Below are positions 25,797 to 38,000 of a DNA stretch of 64,000 nucleotides, in pieces. The translations under genes and the position numbers were made by a program. The notes below the pieces were generated by a model, which was not told where the DNA came from, did not search any database, and was given only the letters and a program-made list of their open reading frames with translations. The DNA lies in the NCBI RefSeq assembly GCF_036321535.1, contig NC_087472.1, positions 90,832,001 to 90,896,000 on the forward strand. The letters are read 5' to 3'. This DNA is from Camelus dromedarius. Its lineage: Eukaryota. Positions within the stretch are counted from its first letter, which is position 1. Each line of letters starts with the position of its first letter.

Positions 25797-27316
25797 TTCT
25801 AACTGATCTCAATTTTCCTTGCCCAGGTTAATATCTTTTTTAAAAAATTACATTTTAAAAGTTTTACCATGGAGGTTTCTGCCAAGACTTTGCTAAAGCT
25901 CAGAGGCCACTGTATTTTTAATATTTAAGTTTGCCATCCACGTTCCCATTGTAGTGTTAGGAAAAATGAAGTTCATGGTTGCTACAGCTGTTTCAGACAG
26001 CTGTTTGAGTAACTTGTAACAGATGTCAGAGCCAAAGGTCTGACATTTAGTGGAAATGTGCTATTAAATACCATCTCCTGGTTTACTTAACCCTGCTAGG
26101 TAATTGCCCACAGAGGAAAAGACTTGTTTGTAATATTATGTTTTTCATAAGTACAAAGCATATAAATAAGGGAGTTACTGTGTACTGTAAATTCACAACT
26201 TTTCTGTTACCCTTTGCCACAGTTTTGATTTAGTGCTTAAGTCTTAAAGTATCAGCTAATGTTCATCTTCCATTTCCACCAGAAGTGCCTGGATGCCCTA
26301 AGAAGTTAAGAGCCTTGTTCATGGCCATTCAGCAAGTTAAATTAGGCTTCAGGTCTTATCTTCATGGCCTTGCCACACTGTTACACAAATTAATAAAGGG
26401 TGGGTGCACGCTTCTCTACATAGTGATTAACTGATAGCCAGCAGTGTCCTGCATAATGGCCACTATAAACCGCAGGGAGTTCAAGGTGTGAATGTGCCCG
26501 TGTTTAGCTTGGCAATCATATCTTTCCTGATTAATCTTTATATACAGTTAGTTATTCATAACCACTTGAGGAGTTTGAGTGCCTTGGTGTATATTCAACA
26601 CAGACTATTAGCCAATTTCTATCTATATAATGTATTCCTCTGTCTATAAATAGATGTAGAAGTTGAATTCCACTGTGATAAAAATTATTATCTACCCTAA
26701 GACACTTTCTAAATCGCCACCATTATGCTATCAGAACACTACATGGCTACAACAACCAATAAACAATTTTAAAATAAACTTTTTAAGCGATTTGTTCACA
26801 CATCTCTGATCATTTAGCAGTCAAAGGTATTTTTATATGCATGTGTATTCATGAAAGAAATGCTCCCCTAGTCAGTAGTATGGTACTGGCCTCTCTAAAA
26901 ATTAGGTTCCACTGTACCTAGATTAGTGATAGGATCCAATGTAAGTTCCTAGTACAGTAAGACAACTCAGGAAGCACTGAGCATTGCTATGCGTGTATTT
27001 CTGCTGCCTGTACAGTCTCTTACCTGCTGACCTGTGCCACATTACTTTTATCCCCAACAGCCCATGCCATCCTCTTCCTCTCATATACCCCTTCCCAGAT
27101 AAGCCCACAAACATTCTGGTAAATGCTTCTCAAGCGACTCAACAGCTTTGCAAATCTGCCATTTTCTAAAATTCAAGTCTTGCCGGTGGTTCTTTCATGG
27201 AAGAGCCACATAAAAAACAAAGGCAGCCGGAGGTACCCCGTGCCCCCTTTCGGGCACCCTTTTCTTCCCCCTCGGCTTCCATAAAGGATTTGAGCTGTTC
27301 TGTTATTCCTTTATAC

Positions 27317-27554
27317 CAGGGGCCAGCCAACTACAGTCTGTGGGCCAGGTCTGGCCCACTGCCTGTCTTTATAAATAAAGTTTTATTGTAACACAGCCAC
27401 ACCCACGCATTTACATACTGTCTATGGCTGCAGTCTCACACCAGGTGCAGAGTAGTTGTGGCAGAGTTGGATAGTTGCTACAGAGACTGTGTTACTTGCA
27501 AAGCCTAAAATATTTACTATCTGGCCCTTTACAGAGAAAGTTTGCCAACTCCAG
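27317..27554 (+). mobile_element. MER58A-like hAT-Charlie MITE
   Basis: Termini caggggccagccaact / agtttgccaactccag, internal aataaagttttattg and aaagcctaaaatatttactatctggccctttacag. Degenerate 8 bp TSD ctttatac/ctttacat. Confidence 0.88.
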
Positions 27555-30224
27555 CTTTACATTATTAAATTGTTGCCTATTCTAGCTCATTACATATATA
27601 CAGCCACAGATTTCGGTGCTGATCAACCTTCAGGTCAACAAAACTTCTTTTGAATTGCTTCATACATTTATATCCATGTTCACCACAGATCCTGTGTGTT
27701 TCAAAAAGTATAGCCATTTGAATTTTCTTTCACTTGTAATGAAACAGAAATCCTACAATGGGATTCATTCTTCCTTAACTTTTTAAAGCAGTCAGTGAAC
27801 TGAGACAAAGAAACCAATAAAGATACCCCAAAACAGTAACGTCCCATGATTCTGACTCTCAAAAATGACTTACAAGCAACCATCACAAGTTCATCCGAGG
27901 AAATGAGACTTCCCCAGACCTCACCGTGCCCTTTATTTAGACTCGGAACTCCCCAGCACACTTCCCTTCTCTTGTGACTCATTTCCTGACAGACAGCACA
28001 CCACACTGCCAGATGGACTCCCTAACTGAAGGTCTAAGGCAACTCATTTCCCAAGAATGTATTTTTGAAATAAAAGTTTCATCTGGTACTTTACTTATTG
28101 GTAAAGACTTTTTTTTTAATTCAGCCAATGAGCCTCTATTTTTGTCAGTGCGGAAACTACTCCTAGTATACATAAAACACAGTATTTGTTAGAACTTTTT
28201 CTAAACAAAAAGTGGACCTTCCTTTTGTACTATGCTAATGAGCACATGGAAACCGAAGTGATGAGGGAGAATTGTGAAAGAGGCTAGGGTTCACCTCGCT
28301 CTGAGAGGTCCATTTCACATGAGTCTGAAGTACCTGAGACAAAACCCAGATCGTCTGCTGCATCTTCAGCGGTGACCAGTTGATACGGAGCTCCGAACGT
28401 GGTTTGCGGCGAAGTAATAAAGATAGCTAACTTTTATCATTCTAGGAACCACAATTACATTCTGAAACTAAATCATACGGTTTTCTAATAGCACTGTCCT
28501 GCCTAAAGTTCTGAAGTTTAAAACAACAGGCCCAAGTTACAAGTCAGAACGAGTTACCCGCTGTTGGCGTCCAAACTAAAGGGTAGCAGGCCAGGCCAAG
28601 TTGCCTAAAACACCAAAGGACTCTTGGCCGTGACCTAGTGGCTACCTTATTAATTCAGTTCAGCCAGCGTTTATCAAATACCCAGAGTGTCAAAGTATAG
28701 TAGACGTATCGGGGACAGACGGGGACATAAGCAAAGTGTGGGCCCTGCCTTCACGGAGCTCACAGTCTTGTAGGGGAAGGGAATGAACTCCACCACCAGG
28801 CAGTATGACCATGAACTAAGAGATTCTTTAAAATGTTTGCTAAAGGAGTCAAAAAGAATGGATAAATAATTCACGTTGGGATTTGTCTGAGCCATCAAGG
28901 ATGAAGTAACGTTCACCCCCTTCCCTTTCCCCCTCTTTTTTCTGGTTTGAGGAGCATCATGAGTATCTTGACCATGCTTATTACATGCACTTTTTGTGTC
29001 CCCAGGAAAACTCTGACTCAGGAAAATTTAGAAGGAAGGAAGGAAAAGAGGGAGATGGAGGGAGAGATGGTCTACTTAGTAAACCTTTAAATGTACACTA
29101 GAATTTTGAAACCCTAAACTTGAATTTTTAAAGGTTTCTTTAGGGGTAGTAGCTCCAGACCTCTACGTTCTAGACTAGGCCTTCTCAAACTGTTTCAGGG
29201 AGATTTAGGGATTCTTGGAGCCCCTGAGCATGGCTGGTCATGAGGGAAGAGAGATGCTGTACACGATCTCACAGCTCTGCCTGTATCTGCTCTAAATACT
29301 GGGATTTCATGGAAGATTGTTTCAGGAAGTGTCCCATTGCTAAAGCCAAAGTTTGAAAACCAGCATTTTACTTAGAAGACCCCAGAGATAAAAAAGAAAT
29401 TGCATGCCCAACATATGCTAGGTATGGTCAGAGATCCCTAATTTTCCGTCCATTTATAAATTTTAGCATAGAAAACCTTTCTCATCGTAATCTGCTTTTC
29501 CAAAATACATAAATGCATACACCTGTAGGATTATGTAAAACAAACTAGACCAATGGGTCTTTGGCCACCGACTCTCAAGGTTCCTGGTATCTGTTGAATT
29601 ATAAGGAGGAAGTTGAAGGCTCATTCCTAGATCTGGCTCTGTGTCTTGCCCATAAGTGGGACTTCCTCCTTCCTCCTTTGTTTCGATTTTCTCATATGTC
29701 CCCAGTCCCATCACGGGCATGCTCAGCTTCTATCAAATAGGACAAGTCTACCCTCTAAGGGCATTCTGCCTTGCATTTGGGGTGTGGACTTTTGGCACGC
29801 AAAGCCAACTACTGTTTGCGTTTTGGTGTGTTAATTGTCAAGTCCACAATAAAGGGATTCAGATATTTTTGGACAGTAAGCTTGAGATTCTACAGTTGCC
29901 CTTGAAAACAGTGCTCGATTTATCAGACTTCTATGCTGTGCCAGCATTCATCCAGCTTAACACGTGAGCTCTGTGGATTCTATAAGTGATGTCTCTTGGA
30001 CCATGTTATCTGTTGACACCAACTTTAAGTGTATGTAAAGGTTATTTGACTGGATGTGTCTTTTGGGTTTTTTTGTTCCTGTTTTTTTTTCCAGAAGGGA
30101 ATAAATGAATTGTCATCTCAACATTTGTTTGGTAAAAGCAGCAAATTGGTATGAAACTGTATATTTATGCATGTTTTTTTTCCCTTTCTGATATCTCTGC
30201 CTCTTCCTCTCTCTACTATTAAAG

Positions 30225-30256
30225 GAAGAAATACCCCTGGGAAGCCAATGAGAGAG
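30225..30256 (+). CDS. DMD: Dystrophin exon 78, 32 bp alternatively spliced frame-switching exon
   Basis: AG at 30223-30224, GTTAGT donor at 30257. Translates (G)RNTPGKPMRE. Confidence 0.97.
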
Positions 30257-30734
30257 GTTAGTGAGATTCAGGCTCACAGCCATGGCTTCTGTCTGTCTCA
30301 TCCCGCTTTGTTTGGCGTTTGTGTAAAAATTGTGTGCGTGCACGCGCATGTATGTATTACACATGTCATCACGCGAGGATGGTAGTCACCTCTCCACTTG
30401 CAGCTCATGACGAACATTCCTCAAATGTTCATTGGCATTGTCATCACCATGACGACAGGACCAGGGGTTGGGGGAATGAGAATCTCTTTAAAACAGCAAC
30501 CCTTTGCAGTCCCTAGGTTGGAATCCTGCAATTCATCATCTGTTGCCATTTGCAACACAAACAAAATCTTCAAAATAAATTAGGCTTGAACATAACAGAT
30601 AAGTCATGAAGCTTCCTTCTACTTCCAGGATCCTAGCTTTTTCTGCCAGCTGCCTTGATTTTTATTCTTCTGGGATGACTTCATTTTGTTTTTGTTACCT
30701 TTTTCCTGGTTCCTATACTCTTTCTTTCCCACTT

Positions 30735-30975
30735 TAGCTAACTTTTTGAGCACTTACTGTATGCCAAGGACTTCTCTAAGCACTTGCCATCCTTTACATT
30801 ATGTAATCTTCACAACAAACCTATAGGTTGGTACCCTTATTAACCCCATTTTACAGATAAGGAAACTGAGTCAATGAAAGGGAAAGCAGTGTGTCCAAGG
30901 TGACATGGCCAGGATTTGAATCCGGGTAGTCTGGGTCCAGAACCACACTCTTAACTTTTATGTTTTACTGCCACT
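30735..30975 (-). mobile_element. MIR SINE
   Basis: ...ttgagcacttactgtatgccaagg... and ...cccattttacagataaggaaactgag... core. Confidence 0.85.
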
Positions 30976-33900
30976 TAGAAAATGGTATATGAAAAGCATA
31001 TGTCATCTCGCTTACCTTTTTTTTTTTTCCCTTACTTGACATTTGGAGCCAGACAGAACAATAACCAACTAGGGATAAAAACTAAATGTCGGAGTCTTAA
31101 GGGATTTTTAATGCCTTTCATGAGTCGGGCACAGCATTATTACGGAGTCTGGTTTGGGGTTTTACAGTGAAAGCTGCTTCATACGTCTACCAGGAATACT
31201 GTCTATACATTGAATCACCTAATGAAATGACATCGTATGACAAAGTGTTGAGTGACAGCCCAAGTGAAACAAGATTGCCCTCACCAAGAGTGTAGCGTGA
31301 AGAACGTGAGAGGGAAAGAAAGGTCTCCCATAGGTGGCAAAAGCACATACTGTTGTGGAAGACGGATTGGATGGGATGAGAGTCCTTTATATGAGAAGGT
31401 TCTGGATCCTTAGCAACAGGCTAGACCGAAGTAGCCACTGATTCATTTAAACATAAGAAGTCATACTGGAAATCCTCCGACGCCATGCCATGCAAATCTA
31501 ATGAATTTAATGATCCTTCAGCGTGTCTATACCAGTGCTCCTCTCCAAGGCTTGCTTGGGGCAGTGGGGTCCGAGGGAGGGAGTGGTGGGCTGGGAGGAG
31601 AAACAGGAAACTCCTGAATCGGTGAAGCATTGACTGTTCCTGGCGGTTTGCCTTCTTATATGAGACTTCTTGGGGAATGATGGTAAGTGCCCCTTAAAAT
31701 TTATTTTAACTCGCGGTAAAAAGTTGCACCATATTTTTAACCACCCTGAACATATTTGTTTCACGAACGAATTAAAATTCTACAGAAAAGGCCAGCGCAT
31801 ATAGTTGAAGTCACGTAGGTATTTGGAAACTTTACTACCTGAGGTCTGTTACAGTCAGATACATTTCCAGAAAGCCAGAGAATCCAAACAAGAGTGATTT
31901 TTTTAATACTACGAAAATACCCCAAATGTATGGTAGACTACATATTTTTTCAAAGATTCAATTACCAAAAAGTAAAGATAAGCAAATTTCACTCCAGGAT
32001 GCTGGCTTTGCTTTGGCTAACTGAATGTTCACCATTTCTTTGGGAATGGTTTCTTTTTTAAATACAGCGCCTGAGTGCTAGTGAGGTCTTGGATCTCTGC
32101 CAGAAAATCTCAATCCCAGTCACTGGGGAAAACGACCCCCTGAGGCAGAGGTGGCTTGTGGGACCCAATGTGTCGGGTTAGTACCAGCTTGGAGAAACAC
32201 ACAACTTCCCTAATGTTAAACGCGGGGTGCCTTTCTGTTCAACAATCCCTGCTTAAGAACGGATTAAACGAATACTTTGTATATGCGAATTTTTATGTCA
32301 ACTTGTGCCTGAAGCTCCTCGCAGACACCCGACCCCTGCCTGCTTCCCAAGGCCTCGCATGCTCTTAGTACGAGGCTTTCATTTCGACTTTAGACGGATC
32401 TGTCAGGTAAAATTAATGACCTCACTCATTTTCTGCCTTACACACATAGGTAACAGAACCAGGATACAAATCTGCTTTCTGTGTCCCTGTCACAGTGTGA
32501 CTTTGTGCCTTCAGCAGGTTGAGGTATACGATTCTTTGGGGCAGTATTTTGTCAGAGAGAATTTTTTTCTGGCTCTAAGGAAAACCTCTATGAAACCCAT
32601 TGGAATTCTCATTGGGGTGAAACAGATACTTGTAAATAAAGTAATGAAAGGCATAATATAGACACAGTGAGGTGACTCCAAACGTTCATTATTCTAGCAT
32701 AGGGATGGCCATGAGGTCATTTGTGAACATTTCACGGTCTGGACAGGTTAAAGGCCACCTACCATTTTATGAGAGTATGTGTGTTGCATTAAGAATCATG
32801 AACCTTTGTTTGACCTGATCACTTGTAAACAGCAGATACCTCTAGAACTCAGGCTCTTGAGAAACTCAAGCATTTTCCTCCCATTTAGTAACTGAACACC
32901 ATTTGGAGGCACAGAAGCAGCACTGGGGTATGTCATCTATAAATATACTTACTTGTCTTTATGGTCTTTGGAACTGCAGTCTACACCTCCTAGCGCACCG
33001 TCTGAAATAGGCACTTTTGGATTGCTATCAATATGTCGATGGGAAAAAATGAGTTCCTCCCTCGTTTATGTTTGATAACACATTTCCTAGCTACCGGGTG
33101 GGCTGTACTATAGGCAGATGTGGGTAATGAGAAGTGGTTGTAATTATATTTTGGTATCAGGTCGTCATAGGCTTGCCTTTTGTTCTTACTGGCTTCGTTA
33201 GTTCCTGTTAAGATCGCAGGTAATTAAAAATTTGCAGTTAGTCCGTGTCTTCTCATTTATACGTGAATAACTGTGCAGGTTTCCCAGGGTTGTTGGGTAC
33301 TCAAAGATAGATACGAAGGGAGCCCTCTAGCCTGGTGGCATCAGTCATATATTTGTGCTCTGAAGAGCAGCAGAGGACCCACTATGTTTTCCTGTGGTTT
33401 TTCTATTTTAGAAAAGCCAAAGATGATTTTAGTTCTTCACTGAGGGCTGCCAAACTGTTGGCCCACTCTATGAATAGTGCATGTGCTTTGTTAAAAGTTT
33501 TTATATTTGCAATCTCAACCAAACTCCAGAGTGATTTTTAAAGGCATAATTAGTCCTCACTGAAACTCTCTGCTCTAATAAAACTCAAAGAGATTTACAA
33601 ACTTGGTCACCTTAATATAAATGGCTGAATGGCATTAGACTGTTAATAAGTCTTACCTTGATCTGGTGCCATTGCTGTTTAAGTGCCTGCCTGTGAATCC
33701 TCTTCAGATCCTCTCATATATTTAAAAACGATATGTCTGTTGAAATAAATATTAGAACAGAATACCTGCCCAAGTCTATCTTTAATTTTTATAGGGATTT
33801 TAACAGTTATTATGGGAATCTGTAAAGTTGATACATGGCAAGGTAGTAATAGCCTAGTAAAGCATTTTTAGTTTCAAAGGCAGTACTTGAATAGAAGAAT

Positions 33901-34865
33901 GATTTACTAATGTCCAAGAATTAAAATTAGCTGTATAAAAATATGGGGCATATACAGAAAGGCACGTAATAAAGTATGTCTCAGTTATCTTACTCTAGAT
34001 CTGAGTTTTGCCACCAAGTACCCAGGGACATTGTGCCACTTTTGTCCTCCGTGCTGGGGGGTTAACGCTAGGTCATGTCACATTATTATTAAAAGGCTGG
34101 TAGTTAAACCCTCTCTTAGGAGGAGACCAAAAATGGAGTCACAGGCTACCCACATCCGTGCTCTACATGTGGGTCATATTCTAATTAAGCTCTAGAGTTA
34201 TTAGGAACGCAAAGTGATTTTACTCAGAAGCTTCCTAATTCAAATATTAACAGTGTATAAAAAAAGTCATTCAAGGGAATATTTTTCAACCCAAGTAAAG
34301 ACAGAGAGACAATAGTCATCTTCACCATAGCCTTACAAGTGAGCCAACAGCTTGAAACAACCTTGAGATGAAGATTTCGTGTTGTGGTGGTGGTCGTGAA
34401 GATATGGTAATGGCAGTAGGGTGGTGGCGGCAGTGGTGATAGTTACAGTGGCGACTGTCTGATAGTCAAAAAAAAAAACTGTAGTACAAGTACATAGTAA
34501 ATCACCCCCCACAACAAGGTGGCAAAGAAACATCCCATCATTAATTATTCCGATTATGACAGGAATCCTGTGCTTATCCATAGAATCCTTTTGATATATA
34601 TTGACATTGGGAAGATGAGTGTAGTCTTTGACATTTTTCCATTTATATGACACTAGGAGCCTGATACTAACAATGTGGAATGGCTTCATTAACAAGGCTT
34701 TGCTTCTTCCTGGAAACTGGTGAAAAACCAAACCCTGTTGTGTAGACCCTCGATGCAGCGTCTGTGTTGTCTTCACTCGAAACGGGATGATTTCCCAAGT
34801 GGCAAAGAGTCGGGGTGACGTGATGTGCACCTTGTGTAAAGTCGGTCTTTCTTTTTGTTTTCCAG

Positions 34866-34877
34866 GACACAATGTAG
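34866..34877 (+). CDS. DMD: Dystrophin exon 79 coding part when exon 78 is included (DTM-stop)
   Basis: Pyrimidine tract and CAG at 34863-34865, then GAC ACA ATG TAG, completing the canonical C-terminus ...GKPMREDTM*. Confidence 0.97.
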   Translation, partial: DTM

Positions 34878-34963
34878 GAAGCCTTTTCCACTTGGCAGAT
34901 GATTTGGGCAGAGCAATGGAGTCCTTAGTTTCAGTCATGACAGATGAAGAAGGGGCAGAATAA
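34866..34963 (+). CDS. DMD: Dystrophin exon 79 alternative frame when exon 78 is skipped (Dp71f/embryonic-type C-terminus)
   Basis: Joining exon 77 to exon 79 gives (G)HNVGSLFHLADDLGRAMESLVSVMTDEEGAE, stop TAA at 34961-34963. Confidence 0.93.
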
Positions 34964-35325
34964 ATGTTTGACAACTCCTGATTCCCGCATGGTTTTTATA
35001 ATATTCATACAACAAAGAGGATTAGACAGTAAGAGTTTACAAGAAAAAAACTATATTTTTGTGAAGGGTAGTGGTACTATACTGTAGATTTCAGTAGTTT
35101 CTAAGTCTGTTATTGTTTTGTTAACAATGGCAGGTTTTACACGTCTATGCAATTGTACAAAAAAGTTATAAGAAAACTACATGTAAAATCTTGATAGCTA
35201 AATAACTTGCCATTTCTTTATATGGAACGCATTTTGGGTTGTTTAAAAATTTATAACAGTTATAAAGAAAGATTGTAAACTAAAGTGTGCTTTATAAAAA
35301 AAATTGTTTATAAAACCCCTAAAAA

Positions 35326-35333
<8 letters not shown>

Positions 35334-35356
<23 letters not shown>
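35334..35356. repeat. (CA)n microsatellite in DMD 3'UTR
   Basis: Directly visible run of about 11 AC units. Confidence 0.95.
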
Positions 35357-37373
35357 AATTCTGAGGCAGCGCATTGTTTTGCATCCTTTTAGCGTGATAT
35401 CCATATGAAATTCATGCCTTTTTTTTTCTTTTCTTGCATATTAAAGACAGGACTTCCTCTAACACCACCAAATGGCTACTTCACATTGCTCTTTTTGGAA
35501 CTGCTGACAGAGTGGGACTGGCTGTGGGTTTCCGTTTTATATATCTATATGTCTATAAGTATGTAACTACTATAGGTATATAGACAAATAGATATAAGTT
35601 TCCAGAGACCTTTTAAATTGCTTGTTCAAATGCTCTTGCCACTTCCTAATGGAAAGAAATTGCTTCTGGTCATCCAGGCTTACCTGCTTGGTCTTGAATG
35701 AATTTTCCCTGGAGCCTGAAGCCAGAAGGAAACTACCACACTAAAACATTGTCTGGGGCTCCAGCTGTTTCTCATTTTAAACTTTCCACTGACAACTAGA
35801 GTACTGAATTTTTTAAGGGACATATGAATGAATACACAGGACTTACTATGTCAGAGTGATCCGTTGGTTGATATATTCAGCTTCCTGAACCGTGGCAGTG
35901 CCATGGTTTAGATTTAATGATGCTTTAGTCAAAGTCAGAGCATCAGAAAGCATTCTTAACTCCCAGAAAAGAGGACAACTAGGGTAGAGCTGGGGGCTAT
36001 GGATTCCCAGCCGATCCCTGTCAGGGAGCCGGCCACTCTTGAAGGATTGGATGAATATTCACAACCTTACGTAGAGATCTTTATAATTACAACTAAATTA
36101 TTCTTTTCTCACAGTCAAACAGCAGTGGGTGTTTTGGTTTTCCGGGTTTTTTTTTTTTTTTTTTAGGATTTTCCCCCATTGCAGTGAGTTTGTAAATGCC
36201 GCAAGACTTCATTCAAAATAACCCTTGTGAAAATGTGTAAGACAGTAGCCCCATCGCATTGTGATGCTGTTAAATATCTACCCAGAAGCCCATGAACCAT
36301 GTTTCCCTCCTTCGCATTTCTCTACAAGTAATTCCAGACAGGTTTGTAAGTGGGAATGCAAACTGATTCAAATGTTCAAGAAGGTACTCCAAGCCCTTTC
36401 TGGTGGATTGGGCAGGTTAAATACATAAACAAACACAATCATTCAAAAAGAGGACATTCAAGAAGACTAACTGGTAGGAAAAAGCTTTACTCTTTCATTT
36501 CATCTTATTAGTCTTTGATTTTTTTTTATCATTCACTCAGCAGAAATCACTGACCTATCATTTTGCAAATCTGTTACCTCTTACATCAAGTGTAATTAAC
36601 TGTTGGAGAGTAGGTTTTGTTCATTATTTTACTAATGATAATTAACATCAAACATGGCTTCTCATGCTATTTCTACCTCACTTTGGTTTTGGGGTGTTCC
36701 TAATACTTGTGCACCTGATTTCACGGCTTCACCACTTGTCCATTGTGTGAACATTTTTCTCCATTTTCTTTTTCCTTTATAATTTGCAAAAGAAAACCCA
36801 AAGCTCTAAGGTAACAAATTACACGAACATTTGGTTTTAGTCTTGCGTTTTTTTTCCTTTTTGTGATGCTGGACTTTTTCTTTACCCAAGGATTTTGTTT
36901 TTAACCAGGACTTAAAACAAGGGGTTACTTTACTGCCTACTAAGAAGTTTAAGTTTCATTCTAAAATCAGAGGTAAATAGAGTGCTTAATTTTGTTTTAA
37001 TCTTTCTGTTTGATCTTTTAGACATTAGTTCTGGAGTGAGTCTGTCAAAATATTTGAATAAAAATTGAGAGCTTTATTGCTACGTTTTAAGCATAATTTG
37101 GACATTATTTCGTGTTCTTTATAACCACCGAGTATTAAACTGTAAATCATAATCAATGTAACTGAAGCATAATCATCACATGGCATGTTATGTCATTGTT
37201 TTCAGGTACTGGGTTCTTACTTGAGTATCAATATATTGTGTTTTAACACCAACACTGTAACATTTACTAATTATTTTTTTAAACTTCAGTTTTACTGCAT
37301 TTTCACAACATATCAGACTTCACCAAATATATGCCTTACTATTGTATTATATTACTGCTTTACTGTGTATCTC

Positions 37374-37379
37374 AATAAA
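37374..37379 (+). terminator. DMD: DMD polyadenylation signal AATAAA, cleavage near 37396
   Basis: AATAAA about 17 nt before GTTAC/A, with a T-rich downstream element at ~37423-37440. Confidence 0.9.
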
Positions 37380-37429
37380 GCACGCAGTTATGTTACAAAA
37401 AAATATTCAGTGGACTGCACTACTTTATT

Positions 37430-38000
37430 TTTATTTTAGATATTTAACTTTTAAATAGGGAAGACTTTCATCTGGTTAAAAAATGAAAAATCTAGAAAGC
37501 CAAACAGTCAGAAGACCCTGACAACCCTATTTCCACCTCAGCCTCACTGCCCTCTGAGTAAATACTATTTCCTGTGTATCCTTCCACAGTGTCATTATTA
37601 TATAAGCAATTATAAACAAATATTCCTACTTTTTCCCTTTTATTACACAGAAGAAAGCATTCTATGCACCCAGTTATATACCTTGGTTTTTTTTTAATTT
37701 AAGAATGAACTCAAGAGGTCCATTCTTAATTATACTGAAATAGATCTTTTCATTTCAATATGTAAAATGCTTCCTCATTTTTCATAGTTCTGTAATATTC
37801 CAGTGTGTGTTTGTGGGATATCATTTAAGTGGTCCCCTTTGGTGGGATGTGTGGGGTTTCAGTCTTTTGCTCTGACAAACAGTAACACACATCACTCATT
37901 TCATTATTTCATTTGTGAAAAAAATCTATCAGTGGAACATATGCCTAGAAGTGAGATTTCTACATCAAAGGTGGCAAGCATTTGTAGCTTGGGAGGTAAT
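37430..38000 (-). mobile_element. Old L1 3' region (L1ME-like) just downstream of the DMD poly(A) site
   Basis: Antisense L1 3'UTR pattern (...gtgtatccttcc..., ...tttcagtcttttgctctgacaaacag...). Confidence 0.55.

Larger units (their letters stand above)
34878..37396 (+). other. DMD: DMD 3'UTR (~2.5 kb)
   Basis: Follows the stop codon. Proximal (~34980-35330) and distal (~37050-37396) blocks resemble the conserved dystrophin 3'UTR. Ends ...CTCAATAAAGCACGCAGTTATGTTAC, like the mammalian DMD mRNA end. Confidence 0.9.

Noticed and set aside
3573..34877. Utrophin or DRP2 instead of dystrophin
   Set aside because: Exon 76-79 peptides, the 32 bp exon, the ...MREDTM terminus and the 3'UTR are dystrophin-specific.
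37057..37062. AATAAA as the main poly(A) signal
   Set aside because: Conserved DMD 3'UTR sequence continues to the distal signal at 37374; at most a minor site.
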